The notes beneath the pieces are model-generated. The model was not told where the DNA came from, made no database searches, and saw only the letters and a program-made list of their open reading frames with translations. A stretch of DNA of 64,000 bases from Thainema sp. GTDB lineage: Bacteria > Cyanobacteriota > Cyanobacteriia > Phormidesmidales > Phormidesmidaceae. Numbering within the stretch: the first letter of the stretch is position 1; each line of letters opens with the position of its first letter. Location of the stretch: positions 22,036-86,035 of the forward strand of contig JBQLZK010000020.1 in assembly GCA_052168235.1 (NCBI GenBank). Direction: 5' to 3'. Made by a program: the position numbers and the translations under genes. Positions 51,081-61,842 of this stretch are shown one piece after another.

Positions 51081-51923
51081 ATGTCGGATATGGAATCTTC
51101 AACTGATCGTCCTATGGATACGGCGGCTGAACAGCTGACGGTTGAACAAGCGATCGCAAATCTCCGACATGAGGATACGAGTCTCCGCTACTATGCAGCG
51201 TGGTGGCTGGGCCGATTTCGAGTTCAGGAGTCTGCGGCAGTTGAGGCGCTGATTCAGGCCTTGGGTGACAAAGACGATCGAACTGAATTGGGCGGCTATC
51301 CCCTGCGGCGCAATGCCGCGCGGGCGTTGGGCAAGCTTGGGGATCAGCGGGCAGTAACTGGTCTGATTGAGTGCTTGAGTTGCGAAGATTTTTATGTGCG
51401 TGAGGCAGCGGCCCAGTCTTTGGGGGCATTGGGTGATCGGCAGGCTGTTGCGCCGCTAATGGCGATAATTGCTGATGGTTTAGCGGTTGCCGAGCGAGTT
51501 CCTGGACAGCCTCATCTGGTTCAGCCTTGTGAAGCGGTACTCGAAGCCCTGGGTGCTTTGAAGGCGACCGAAGCTGTTAATTTGCTGCGCCCATTTTTGG
51601 ATGCGCCAACGGAACGGGTTCGCTATGCTGCAACTCGATCGATGTATCAGCTGACGGGTGAGGCTGAGTATGGTGAGCAATTGGTGGAGGCGCTGAACGG
51701 TCGTGACTTGCAATTGCGGCGGGTAGCTCTATCTGATTTGGGGGCGGTAGGCTACATGCCTGCTGCCGATGCGATCGCACAGGCGGCAGTGGAAAGCAGC
51801 TTTAAGCTATTTTCGCTCAAAGGTTTGCTAGATGCCGATTTGCGGCGTAGTGGCTTTGTGCAGCAGCGCCAACTGTCAGATGATGCCCGTCGGGTGATGT
51901 CGCTGATGGATGATTTGCTCTAG
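51081..51923 (+). CDS. cpcE: Phycocyanin alpha phycocyanobilin lyase subunit
   Basis: RYYAAWWLG, GGYPLRRNAARALG HEAT repeats. Confidence 0.93.
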   Translation: MSDMESSTDRPMDTAAEQLTVEQAIANLRHEDTSLRYYAAWWLGRFRVQESAAVEALIQALGDKDDRTELGGYPLRRNAARALGKLGDQRAVTGLIECLSCEDFYVREAAAQSLGALGDRQAVAPLMAIIADGLAVAERVPGQPHLVQPCEAVLEALGALKATEAVNLLRPFLDAPTERVRYAATRSMYQLTGEAEYGEQLVEALNGRDLQLRRVALSDLGAVGYMPAADAIAQAAVESSFKLFSLKGLLDADLRRSGFVQQRQLSDDARRVMSLMDDLL

Positions 51924-52102
51924 GTGCTATTGGTACCTGGTTTTGGAGCACAAGGTAACTGACTGGGTTGGTAAGTGATTAGTTGATGGGGGCGATGTTT
52001 AGAGTGCGATCGCACCTGTCACCTAATCAATCCAACACCAGACGAATGCAAACCCTCGCTTTTTCTCTCATTTCTGATTGCTGCAAACTGTTTGGCTAAC
52101 GA

Positions 52103-52744
52103 ATGGATACTCAAACCCCTAATCAGCTGATTCGTGCGGTTGATGAGGCCGATTCTCCCGAACGGCTCATTGCGGCGGTGAAAGCGCTGGCAGATGCTCA
52201 GCTTGAATCGGGCGTGGAAACGCTGATTCGGGCACTCGGATTTAATAATCCGGGAGCGGCTGTCATGGCAATGAAGGGATTGATTCGCATGGGGCCACCC
52301 GTTGTGCCGCATCTGCTGGCGCAGATTGATGACTACAACTATGGTGCTCGCTCCTATTCCATTCGTGCTTTAGCTGCGATCTCAGATCCACGCGCCTTGG
52401 ATATTTTGCAAAAAGCGGCGGCTACCGACTTTGCACCCAGCGTTCGGCGGGCCGCCTCAAAGGGATTAGGCTTAATCACTTGGTCGAGCCTGCTGCCGGA
52501 GCAGATTGCCGATCGTCAGCAGCAGACGTGGGAAACGCTGCAGCAGGTGATTCAGGATGCTGATTGGTCAATCCGCTATGCAGCCCTATGCGGCATGACT
52601 GGACTTGCGATCGCAGCTCATGCACCGCAGTTGAGAACTGCAATTTGCCAAGCTCTAGCGGAAACCACGGCTCAAGACAATGAGTTGGCGGTGCAGGCCC
52701 GTGCTCAGTTTGCCAAAGAGATGATCGAGTCGGCACAGGAATAA
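52103..52744 (+). CDS. cpcF: Phycocyanin alpha phycocyanobilin lyase subunit
   Basis: LGFNNPGAA, YNYGAR, DFAPSVRRAA. Confidence 0.93.
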   Translation: MDTQTPNQLIRAVDEADSPERLIAAVKALADAQLESGVETLIRALGFNNPGAAVMAMKGLIRMGPPVVPHLLAQIDDYNYGARSYSIRALAAISDPRALDILQKAAATDFAPSVRRAASKGLGLITWSSLLPEQIADRQQQTWETLQQVIQDADWSIRYAALCGMTGLAIAAHAPQLRTAICQALAETTAQDNELAVQARAQFAKEMIESAQE

Positions 52745-52876
52745 CTGCTGAACCGCTGCTACTAAACCTAGCTCTCAACAGCAGAAGCTGCATGACATCA
52801 GCTAAATCGCCTAGTTTTCCATCGGCCCAGTTTCTCCATCGATTGATTCGTTGATTTACAGGATTTTAAAGACTAT

Positions 52877-53716
52877 ATGGCTATTCCTCTACTTAACAAC
52901 GTACCGACAACCCAGAACCATCGGGTCTCGGGTTACGAAGTACCCGATGAAGATACTCCCTTGGTCTATCGTCTGACCGACGTGAGTTCTGAATCCGAGG
53001 TAAACGATCTGATCTGGGCGGCCTATCGGCAAATTTTCGGTGAGCATCTCATTCTAGAAAGCAATCGCCAAGTTGCACTGGAATCTCAGCTCCGCAACCG
53101 CTCTATCTCCGTTCGCGAATTCATTCGCGGCTTAGGTAAGTCAGATGTGTATCGGGAACTGGTGAGCGACACCAACTCCAACTATCGCCTGGTCGATGTA
53201 ACGTTTAAGCGCTTTCTAGGTCGGGCAACCTACGGTCAAGATGAGCGCATTTCTTGGTCAATTGTGATCGCAACCCAGGGGCTGCACGGCTTCATTGATG
53301 CCGTAGTAGACAGTGATGAATATCGGCAAAATTTTGGTAACAACATCCTGCCCTATCAGCGGCGGCGGTTTGATGGTCGTCCCTTCAACCTTGTGACTCC
53401 CCGCTACAGCGACTACTGGCGCAACAAAGAGCTCCAGAATGCGGGTCGTTCCTACTACCAGGCGCGTCAATATCGGTCTGGGGATCTGGATCGAGCCGTG
53501 GTTCGTCAAGCCATTCCGGCTAACTTCTTGGCGATGGCTAGCCGTGTGCTACCCCAAGAGCGTAACTATCAGCGCACGATTGCCAGTGTCACATCCCAGA
53601 TTAAGACCCTCAGTATTCCGGATACCAGCCATACCAATCAGCAAGGACAGCGCCGTATTCAGCCGACCCGCACATCGCTGCCCTACGACTATATTCCAGG
53701 TGTGGAAAAAGTTTAA
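52877..53716 (+). CDS. cpcG1: Phycobilisome rod-core linker (first of four)
   Basis: MAIPLL...TQNHRV, linker domain, [10 protein letters not shown]. Numbered by position. Confidence 0.88.
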   Translation: MAIPLLNNVPTTQNHRVSGYEVPDEDTPLVYRLTDVSSESEVNDLIWAAYRQIFGEHLILESNRQVALESQLRNRSISVREFIRGLGKSDVYRELVSDTNSNYRLVDVTFKRFLGRATYGQDERISWSIVIATQGLHGFIDAVVDSDEYRQNFGNNILPYQRRRFDGRPFNLVTPRYSDYWRNKELQNAGRSYYQARQYRSGDLDRAVVRQAIPANFLAMASRVLPQERNYQRTIASVTSQIKTLSIPDTSHTNQQGQRRIQPTRTSLPYDYIPGVEKV

Positions 53717-53784
53717 GTTTGCTAGCTCGATGCAGTCATCGAGCTGTATCTCGATGTTTTAAGGAAGATTAGAGGAATATCTGT

Positions 53785-54528
53785 ATGACACTGCCCCTTT
53801 TAGCCTATAGCCAAACAACCCAGAACCAGCGGGTTGATGGCTACGAAGTGCCCAACGAGGATAGTCCCTGGATCTATCGCTTAGAAGACTGCACGGATAA
53901 CTCCGATGTAGAAGCGTTAATCTGGACGGCGTATCGTCAAGTGTTCAGCGAACATGTCATTCTTAAGAGCAGCCGCCTGCCGGATCTAGAGTCTCAGCTT
54001 AAGAATAATGCGATTACGGTGCGCGACTTTGTCCGTGGCTTAGCGAAGTCGGATGTTTTTCATCGGCTGGTGGTAGAGACAAACTCCAACTATCGAGTGG
54101 TTGAGATTTGCCTGAAGCGTCTTTTGGGTCGTGCGCCCTATGGCAACGACGAGAAAATTTCCTGGTCGATTGTGATTGCCACCCAGGGTCTGGACGGTTT
54201 CATAGATGCGCTGTTGGATAGCGACGAATATCTCAGCAACTTTGGTGAGAACACCGTTCCCTATCAGCGGCGGCGGTTCAACGAGCGCCCATTTAATTTG
54301 GTCACGCCTCGCTATAGCGACTACTGGCGCGATCGCTTAGAAGCGTCTCGCTACAAGTGGGGCGACGTGCGCAACTTCCTCGACATGGCCAAGGATGTTT
54401 ATGTGAAGCCTGTTACTTATCAAACGGTTCGCACTGACAACATCAAGATTCCTGATACCACACGGGAAACCAAACCCGAAGGTGTTTTGGCATCGATTAG
54501 CTCCTCTGCGAGTTTCCCAGTGCGCTAA
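53785..54528 (+). CDS. cpcG2: Phycobilisome rod-core linker (second)
   Basis: Same CpcG motifs. Numbered by position. Confidence 0.88.
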   Translation: MTLPLLAYSQTTQNQRVDGYEVPNEDSPWIYRLEDCTDNSDVEALIWTAYRQVFSEHVILKSSRLPDLESQLKNNAITVRDFVRGLAKSDVFHRLVVETNSNYRVVEICLKRLLGRAPYGNDEKISWSIVIATQGLDGFIDALLDSDEYLSNFGENTVPYQRRRFNERPFNLVTPRYSDYWRDRLEASRYKWGDVRNFLDMAKDVYVKPVTYQTVRTDNIKIPDTTRETKPEGVLASISSSASFPVR

Positions 54529-54741
54529 TCACACGCTTAATGTTGGGCAGTTTTCAAAAGACAGCCATGTTTCGTTCTGTGATTTTAATCACAGAACGAA
54601 ACATGACTTACTACCCTTACTTAGCACTGCCAAACTAGCGAATTTGGCCCAAATCGTGGCCCAGTTTAAGTACAGCCAACGTAGATTGATCTCATAAATT
54701 GACAGCTCCGGAATTTTATATTCAAACGAAGGAGAGTCAGT

Positions 54742-55497
54742 ATGACTATACCCGTATTGGAGTACAAGCCTGCTACTCAAAATCAGCGCGTTGACAGTTT
54801 TGGCACTGTCGATACTCATGGGGATGTCCCTGTTGTTTATCGACTCGATGATGCGAAGCATGTAGATGAGGTGGATGCCCTGATTCGGGCTGCCTATCGG
54901 CAGGTCTTCAATGAGCAGGAAATGCTGCATTTTAATCGTCAAATTGCGTTAGAAACTCAGCTCCGCAATCGCGCGATTTCAGTGCGCGATTTCATTCGGG
55001 GATTGGCAAAATCTGAGCGGTTTTATGAGCTGGTCGTTGCGCCCAATAATAACTATCGCTTAGTAGAAATATGCTGTAAGCGTCTGCTGGGGCGGGAACC
55101 GTATGGGCGGGATGAGGAAATTGCCTGGTCAATTCAAATCGCATCGTTGGGCTGGGCAGCTTTTGTGGATTGGCTACTGGATAGCGAGGAATATATCCGC
55201 ACCTTTGGCAAAGATACGGTGCCGTATCAGCGGAAGCGATTTGCTGAGCGCCCGTTTAGCTTTACACCACGCTATGGGGCTGACTACCGAGATCGCATGC
55301 CAAAACCAGATCCGCGTCGATTACAATCGCTGAATCGTGCTGGCTTTGAGCCGTTTGGCCAATTTGAACCTTATGATTGGCAAACGATTTTGCAGCGTAC
55401 CAATGGGTCTCGGTTGGCGGCTGTTTTGGTATCGGTGGTTGGCATCATCACCGGATTGCTGGTGCTAGCCTCGGTAACAGGCAGTTTGGGCGGCTAA
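54742..55497 (+). CDS. cpcL: Rod-membrane linker, CpcL-type (CpcG with a hydrophobic C-terminal tail)
   Basis: CpcG core plus C-terminal [21 protein letters not shown] membrane segment. Confidence 0.82.
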   Translation: MTIPVLEYKPATQNQRVDSFGTVDTHGDVPVVYRLDDAKHVDEVDALIRAAYRQVFNEQEMLHFNRQIALETQLRNRAISVRDFIRGLAKSERFYELVVAPNNNYRLVEICCKRLLGREPYGRDEEIAWSIQIASLGWAAFVDWLLDSEEYIRTFGKDTVPYQRKRFAERPFSFTPRYGADYRDRMPKPDPRRLQSLNRAGFEPFGQFEPYDWQTILQRTNGSRLAAVLVSVVGIITGLLVLASVTGSLGG

Positions 55498-55687
55498 TTT
55501 GTCTAATTTGAACGTGCGATCGCACCAAAGACACGCGATAATAAGCCCAAAGCTATTTTGAACACTAGTTTTTATCCGTTGCTGTTTCAGATAATCAGAA
55601 TTAGAGACATCCACAACAGTCACTAGTGTTCCTCTTTTTTACCTGAGGTTGTTAACTCATCGTTCATTTATAAGGGAGAAAAATCGC

Positions 55688-56443
55688 ATGGCATTGCCAC
55701 TGCTTCAATATCGTCCAACGACTCAAAACCAAAGGGTAGAGAGCTTCGGCAAGGCGGATCTGAACGAAGATACCCCCTATATCTATCGGCTCGAAGATAT
55801 GCCGAATAATGATCGCATTGAAGAAGTGATTTGGGCATCCTATCGCCAAGTCTTCAGCGAGCATGAAACCCTGAAGTTCAACCGTCAAATCACCCTAGAG
55901 TCACAGCTCCGGAATCGTGCAGTCTCTGTGCGGGACTTCATCCGTGGACTCGCCAAGTCTGAGCGTTTCTACGAAACCGTTGTTGCCGTGAACGACAACT
56001 ACCGCTTAGTTGACGTATGCCTGCGCCGCTTCTTGGGTCGTGCAGCTTACAACCAAGATGAGAAAATCGCTTGGTCGATCAAAATTGGGACGCTGGGCTT
56101 CCACGGTTTTGTTGATGCTCTGCTCGATAGCGACGAGTACACCGAAGCGTTTGGTGAGAATACTGTTCCTTATCAGCGCAAGCGGATGGAAGGCCGTCCC
56201 TTCAATCTCGTCACTCCTCGTTATGGTGAAGACTACCGCGAGATTGCAGGTACCACCAAGACCGATTGGCGCTTTGTTATCGAGAAGTTCTACTCCGCTA
56301 AGTACCAAGAGCGGATGATGAGCGAAGGCGATCCGCGCAAGTTCAAGGCGATGGCATCTTCCATCGGCGCACGCGGTAACTATGGTTCTCGTGTATCGGC
56401 CTATCAGATTGATTATCTGAACAAGGTGCCCAAGCGGCGCTAA
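55688..56443 (+). CDS. cpcG4: Phycobilisome rod-core linker (fourth)
   Basis: [25 protein letters not shown]-terminus; ATG 55688. Confidence 0.88.
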   Translation: MALPLLQYRPTTQNQRVESFGKADLNEDTPYIYRLEDMPNNDRIEEVIWASYRQVFSEHETLKFNRQITLESQLRNRAVSVRDFIRGLAKSERFYETVVAVNDNYRLVDVCLRRFLGRAAYNQDEKIAWSIKIGTLGFHGFVDALLDSDEYTEAFGENTVPYQRKRMEGRPFNLVTPRYGEDYREIAGTTKTDWRFVIEKFYSAKYQERMMSEGDPRKFKAMASSIGARGNYGSRVSAYQIDYLNKVPKRR

Positions 56444-56672
56444 ACCGCTAACTCACAGCTATGTTATCTATGACTCGTTCTGCTCTGGGAGCTGGTTCAT
56501 GGATTCATAGAATAGCGTGAATTTAATGAATCGCTGGGTTTAGATTTTGTCTGGTAAAACTGCGTGAGGCTCTGGCTTTACCTTGTTTTTCAGGTTTGAT
56601 CCAAACCCAGCGATTGTTTTTGAAAGCTAACCTCTGTGGATAAAAAGAAGCGACCATTGGTCGCTTCTTTTG

Positions 56673-57314
56673 CTAGGTGACACGGCTCCAGATAGCCAAT
56701 CCGCCCCCGCGACCTCTGGCGGCAAGTAGGGTGTCGCTGATGTAGAAGAAGTTAAAAAACGGCAGCTTGGCAATGGGCTGTTGGGCAAACGGCTGATCGG
56801 AGCGCGCTTTGTTTTGCATGTTGCCCTGGTACAGCGACTGTCCGAAGAGCTGAAGCTGCATTTGGGTAAAGTCAAAGGCGACAAGATTTTTGCGATCGCG
56901 CCTGGCAGGGCCATTCACCTTAAACGCCAGTGGGCCAAGTCGGAGCTGATTGCCAATTGCGATCGCAGACTGTTCTGAAGCTGAACTAGCTAAACTCTGA
57001 GTCTCAGACGGTTGAAACTGAATCTGCGCGGTCACGAATTTGGGCACATAAAATCCTCGCCCTTGTATTGTGCCTGCCTGCCTGCGAGATTTTTGGTTCG
57101 CGACAAACCGCAGCCGCCATTTGCCCAAAATGTCTGCTGATTCATAGGTGGTGGACTGTTTCTTGGCCACTTTCTCAAGCTGGACAAGCGCTTGCACCAC
57201 GGCTTTCGCGGGTGGTCGAGAGCGGGACTGGTTAGTGTAATAGGCCGCGACCTGGTTGAGAACTGCGATCGCAGCATCAGTCGGCGCGACTTGCGGATCA
57301 TGCGATTGAATCAT
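56673..57314 (-). CDS. Hypothetical protein, PAP/fibrillin-like
   Basis: LGKWRLRF and C-terminal ARGRGGGLAIW resemble the fibrillin-like fold. Confidence 0.65.
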   Translation of the reverse strand: MIQSHDPQVAPTDAAIAVLNQVAAYYTNQSRSRPPAKAVVQALVQLEKVAKKQSTTYESADILGKWRLRFVANQKSRRQAGTIQGRGFYVPKFVTAQIQFQPSETQSLASSASEQSAIAIGNQLRLGPLAFKVNGPARRDRKNLVAFDFTQMQLQLFGQSLYQGNMQNKARSDQPFAQQPIAKLPFFNFFYISDTLLAARGRGGGLAIWSRVT

Positions 57315-57397
57315 GTTGCTCTGTTACTCAAATATTTAGCTATTTTCAATCCGGTAGCCTTCCATAGGCTATTGGTTTGTCAACGTCGTTTTGGTGG

Positions 57398-57448
57398 GTT
57401 TTGATGGTTGACGTGTCGCACTTTGCGCGACATGTCAACCATCAAAAC
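57398..57448. repeat. Near-perfect palindrome, 24-bp arms
   Basis: gttttgatggttgacgtgtcgcac-ttt-gcgcgacatgtcaaccatcaaaac. Confidence 0.8.
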
Positions 57449-57497
57449 TGATTTGATACAGCACCATGGTTTAAGGTGATGTAGCCTAGTAAATCCC

Positions 57498-59681
57498 CTA
57501 TTCGTCCCAAAAGTCGTCGAGATTAAAGCTATTGGCGGCAGCTTGAATTTCCCGAAAATAATCTGTTTGGGTAATTTGCGCTACGTCCCGTTCCCGTTTC
57601 TGATGGTCGATTTCGATTTGCAATTCTTCCAGTTGGCGCTTGAGGTCACGCTCTTTGCGTTTGCGTTCGGTGATGTCCTGCACGATGCCTTCATAGTAGA
57701 GCAACGTCCCGCTATCGTCATAGACGGCGCGGGCATTTTCTGATAGCCAAATGATGACTCCATCGGCACAGTAGGCTTGATATTCAAACCCTTCAACCTG
57801 TCCGGCAGTTTCGATCTGCTGGCGAAACTGCTGATATGCGATCGCATCGACGTAGATCTGTTTGCTGATGTCAGTGATCTGCTCCACCATGTCGAGCGGT
57901 GAGGAATAGCCGTGAATACGGGCCATTGCTGGGTTAACGCTGATATAGCGGTGAGCGGGACTGGACTGAAAAATCCCTTCTAGTGCATTTTCGTAAATGC
58001 TGCGATATTTTTCCTCGGCAATCTGTAGCGCCTGCTCAACTTCCTTTCGCTCAGTAATGTTGCGCACAATGATGAGCACTTCGCTCTCGCACAGGGCAAC
58101 CATGCGAACTTCTTCAATCCGGCGGCCTTGAGCGGCTTGAAGCCGCTGTTCATAAACTTGAATTTTTCCGGTGGTGAGCGCTTGCTGAACATAATGCATC
58201 CACTCATTGGCCAGTTCCGTCGGTAGACATTCATGCACAGAGCTGCCGACTTTGAAATGATTAGCATTATGGATTTGAGTGCGGCCTTCGCCTTGAATAT
58301 CGAGATACAGACCGTCCTGGCGGACTCGAAGCAACAGGTCAGGCATTGCCTGCACCAGAGCCCGATTGGTCGCTTCACTGTCCTGCAAATTGGTAAACGA
58401 TCGCTGGAGCTGCTGTGCCATGCTGTTAAATGAATTGGCGAGAGCTTCTAGCTCATCCACACCTTTGACCGTGACCGTTTGATCCAGGTTGCCATTGGCA
58501 ATCTGCCGAGACGCTTGGTCAAGCTTGAGAATTGGTCTTGCCAGCCAGCGGGAGGTGTGTAGCCCTAACCAGATGGCAACCAAAAGTGCGATCGCACATA
58601 GAACAATCGTAATGCGGGTGTTTTGGTGGATCTGCGCCATGAAGTCGGCTTCGGGCACCACCACCACAATCAGCCAGTCCAGCCCCCGACCGTCCCTGAA
58701 GGGTAAGACCTGCAAGAACTGGCGTTTGCCATCAACAGTAAACTCTAACTGGTGCGATCGCTGAATATTGTTGAGATTCCCAAACCGCTGATTGAGATAC
58801 TCAGCGGCACCTTGAACTAAGGGATTTTCGCTTTCCACAGCCTCGCGCCGCCGAGCGGCATCGTCATGACCCGCAATCAAGAGATCTTCTGCGGTAGACG
58901 TGGAGACTAGCGTTCCCGAACGTTCGACAATAAACGTTTTGCCCGATTCACCGACCTTCAGCGTCCGCAAAAAGCGGCTCATCTCTTCCGGCAGAATAAA
59001 GTCCGTCGCACAGACGCCGATGAAGCCATTGCCAAATTCTTCATAGATGGGCAGACTGGCCGTAATTGTCGGCAGTTGCGTGTCGAAGTCCAGATAGATA
59101 TCGCTCCAGGTTGGCCCACCTGCGGCTTTGGCGGCTGTGTACCACGGGCGCACTCGCGGATCAAAGGGACGGTCGCCTGTGCTGAGCAGATAGGTGCGAT
59201 CGCCCGTAATATTCATCCCGTAGTAGTTGGCGATATGATTGGTCGAATCGTTGTAAATCACCAACTGGAGCGATTGATCCGCCTCGTTGCGCCCCACACC
59301 CAGAAAGGAACCGTCAATGTCCGTCGCGCAGTAAATCAGATTGGTATAGGAAAAAATCTTGGCTTGCTGCCAAAACTGATGTTCTCCGGTGGCGCGACTG
59401 ATATCAATGTCGCCCTTGAAGACAGAGTTGCCGTTGATCCGATTAATCGAATGGGGGATTTCAATATAGGACTGGAGCTGCTGCTTAATTCGCTCTACGA
59501 TTTCTGTTCGTAACTGCGAAGACAGATTGTAAACCGCTTGCTGACCATTGCGAAATGAGATGTAGCCGACTAGCCCAACCGCCGCCACGATTTGCAGCAC
59601 AAAGGGGACGATTAATGCTCGCTGTAGCGGAACTGTTCGTCCCGTTTGCCAAGGCGGCAACCAATCCAGCAAGTGGCGCAT
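57498..59681 (-). CDS. Membrane sensor: TM-Cache-TM-HAMP-PAS-PAS plus a C-terminal coiled-coil tail, no catalytic output domain
   Basis: FDPRVRPWY and WSDIY (Cache), DELEALANSFNSMA (HAMP), two PAS domains ending NITERK/DITERK; ORF stops ~55 aa later. Confidence 0.85.
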   Translation of the reverse strand: MRHLLDWLPPWQTGRTVPLQRALIVPFVLQIVAAVGLVGYISFRNGQQAVYNLSSQLRTEIVERIKQQLQSYIEIPHSINRINGNSVFKGDIDISRATGEHQFWQQAKIFSYTNLIYCATDIDGSFLGVGRNEADQSLQLVIYNDSTNHIANYYGMNITGDRTYLLSTGDRPFDPRVRPWYTAAKAAGGPTWSDIYLDFDTQLPTITASLPIYEEFGNGFIGVCATDFILPEEMSRFLRTLKVGESGKTFIVERSGTLVSTSTAEDLLIAGHDDAARRREAVESENPLVQGAAEYLNQRFGNLNNIQRSHQLEFTVDGKRQFLQVLPFRDGRGLDWLIVVVVPEADFMAQIHQNTRITIVLCAIALLVAIWLGLHTSRWLARPILKLDQASRQIANGNLDQTVTVKGVDELEALANSFNSMAQQLQRSFTNLQDSEATNRALVQAMPDLLLRVRQDGLYLDIQGEGRTQIHNANHFKVGSSVHECLPTELANEWMHYVQQALTTGKIQVYEQRLQAAQGRRIEEVRMVALCESEVLIIVRNITERKEVEQALQIAEEKYRSIYENALEGIFQSSPAHRYISVNPAMARIHGYSSPLDMVEQITDISKQIYVDAIAYQQFRQQIETAGQVEGFEYQAYCADGVIIWLSENARAVYDDSGTLLYYEGIVQDITERKRKERDLKRQLEELQIEIDHQKRERDVAQITQTDYFREIQAAANSFNLDDFWDE

Positions 59682-59764
59682 TCTCAGGTCTTTTAGTCTC
59701 CTCTACCCTGATCAATTCCTATAATACGTCCAGTTGAAAATCCATCAGGCTTTTTATGAAGCCC

Positions 59765-60796
59765 TTACCACTCATCTGCCGTTGCACTGCCAGCAATCCA
59801 GTCGTGAATATTGCGCTCAGCGCCCGCCACGTTGAACAGGTGGAGACCAAAATCTCGCGACAGGTCTTCACAGACGCGAATGCCTCGAACGCTATTGCCT
59901 TTGGCATCCAGCGGTGGCGAAAATGTACCGATGCCAAGCGTGTTCGGCACGACGGCAGTGATGCCGCCGCCCACGCCGCTCTTGGCGGGCATGCCGACTC
60001 TGTAGACCCACTCGCCGGAATAATCGTACATGCCGCAGGTGAGCATGACGCTGATCACATCCTGCACGTAGCGCTCATCCAGCGCCCGCACGCCTGTGAC
60101 CGGATTGATGCCTTTATTGGCCAGGGTGGCGGCCATCATCGCTAAATCTTTGGCATTGACCAGAATGGAACACTGCTGGAAGTAGAGATCCAGCGTTTCT
60201 TCAATTCGATCCGTCACCATGCCAAAGTTCAACATCAAATATGCGATCGCACGATTGCGAAAGCCAGTGGATTTTTCCGACAAAAAAACCGGCACGTTCA
60301 CATCCAGTTCCCGTCCGGTATAGCGGCCAAACATGTCTAATAAGCGCTTGAGCCGTTCGGTGGCATTGTTGCCTTTGACTAAATCGGCAGTTGCGATCGC
60401 ACCTGCGTTGACCATTGGGTTATAGGGGCGATTGGTTTCCTCATCCAGCACAATCGCGTTAAAGGCTTCACCAGAGGGTTCGACGCTGACTTTGCTGTTG
60501 ACGTATTCTCGCCCATGATCCTCTAGCGCTAAACCGTAGACAAATGCTTTTGAAATAGATTGAATCGTGAACAGTTGGTCGCAATCCCCCACGTCGAACA
60601 CTTGACCATCTGTACTCACTACGCAAATGCCAAACCAGGTAGGGTCTGCCGTCGCCAGTTCAGGGATATAATCGGCAACTGCTCCGTCCGTCAGTGCCTG
60701 ATACTGCTCATGCAAATCGTTCAGGTATTGCCGAAAGGGAGACGTTGCAGCCTGAATAGAACTGGCTAAAGACTGCATACCGGGTTTTTGAGTCAT
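59765..60796 (-). CDS. glsA: Glutaminase A
   Basis: [16 protein letters not shown] (SxxK), [26 protein letters not shown]. Confidence 0.94.
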   Translation of the reverse strand: MTQKPGMQSLASSIQAATSPFRQYLNDLHEQYQALTDGAVADYIPELATADPTWFGICVVSTDGQVFDVGDCDQLFTIQSISKAFVYGLALEDHGREYVNSKVSVEPSGEAFNAIVLDEETNRPYNPMVNAGAIATADLVKGNNATERLKRLLDMFGRYTGRELDVNVPVFLSEKSTGFRNRAIAYLMLNFGMVTDRIEETLDLYFQQCSILVNAKDLAMMAATLANKGINPVTGVRALDERYVQDVISVMLTCGMYDYSGEWVYRVGMPAKSGVGGGITAVVPNTLGIGTFSPPLDAKGNSVRGIRVCEDLSRDFGLHLFNVAGAERNIHDWIAGSATADEW

Positions 60797-60854
60797 GATG
60801 TCCTCGGTCGTTCGCGTTCGCGTTTGGGCTGGACTGCTAAGGATTATCGAAACC

Positions 60855-60903
60855 GCAGGATAGCCGTCTGGGCCGTCCCGATCAGGCGTGATGCCTGATC
60901 TAC
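60855..60903. repeat. REP-like doublet between the ATPase gene and glsA
   Basis: gcaggatagccgtctgggccgtcc followed by gatcaggcgtgatgcctgatctac (GTAG on the minus strand). Confidence 0.6.
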
Positions 60904-60953
60904 CGTTGGATTACTCGATGACTCCAGTAACCCGTTCTGAATCAATTCGCCAA

Positions 60954-61712
60954 TCAATTCGCCATGATTTGAGCTGCCACTTTTTGGAACTCTTGGCTAA
61001 TTGGATGATCGCGATATTTTGTGCAAAACACGCCTTCACTGGCGAGCTGCACCACATCTTCCGACAGCGGAAAAATGCCCGCGACGGGAACGTCGTAGGT
61101 TTCTTCTGCCTTTTGCTTGAGCGCTTCAAAGTTGAGTTTGCTCAAGGCCTTGTTAATCGCCAGCAGCATCTTGCGCACCTTGAGCTGCCTCGCTACATCG
61201 ATGGTGACTGCTGTGCCCTGATAGTCCTGCTTGTCGGGCCGCAGAATTAAAATCAACACGTGGGAGATGGCAATCGACAGAAACGTTTCCTTCGAGAGTC
61301 CCGGATGGGTGTCAATAAATAGATAATCGAGTTCTAAGCCTTTCACCAGCTTACGAAAGCCGTCATTCAGAAGCTTGACATCGTAGCCTTCCTGCAAGAT
61401 TTTAGCGATATCGTCGGCTTTGATGCTGGAGGGTACCAGAAAGAGCTGACCCGCGCCCGTTAAACCAATGTTGGAGCTGACATCGTAGGCTGCTTCCTCA
61501 ATCGTGCTTTCGCCCCACAGAAAGCTGTTGAGCGTATTCTGAATTTGCTCTGGCTCTAAACAAAACAGGTTATGGATACCGGGTGACGGCACATCTGTAT
61601 CTACCACGCCCACCCGATGTCCCTGCATGGCAATGGTGGCGGCTAAGTTGGCCGTAAAGTTCGATTTACCCGTACCACCACGATAGGAATGAATAGAGAC
61701 AACTCTGGGCAT
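60954..61712 (-). CDS. MinD/ParA-family ATPase with a variant Walker A motif
   Basis: SYRGGTGKS, VVDTD, IDTHPG, INK. Confidence 0.88.
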   Translation of the reverse strand: MPRVVSIHSYRGGTGKSNFTANLAATIAMQGHRVGVVDTDVPSPGIHNLFCLEPEQIQNTLNSFLWGESTIEEAAYDVSSNIGLTGAGQLFLVPSSIKADDIAKILQEGYDVKLLNDGFRKLVKGLELDYLFIDTHPGLSKETFLSIAISHVLILILRPDKQDYQGTAVTIDVARQLKVRKMLLAINKALSKLNFEALKQKAEETYDVPVAGIFPLSEDVVQLASEGVFCTKYRDHPISQEFQKVAAQIMAN

Positions 61713-61842
61713 GGTGAGGCAAGACCACTATCTAAAGAAAGAATTTCTCTCAAGCCTACATGGTAGGTAGAGATTGTGTAAAACGATTTTGTGTAAAACG
61801 ATTTAAATGGTTACGGAAGATCAACGTCTGTCGTCTTCGCAA

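Noticed and set aside
57498..57700. Sensor as a frameshifted or truncated histidine kinase pseudogene
   Set aside because: No kinase or GGDEF remnant was recognisable after the stop; a hairpin and an unrelated gene follow, and the tail looks like an ordered coiled coil.
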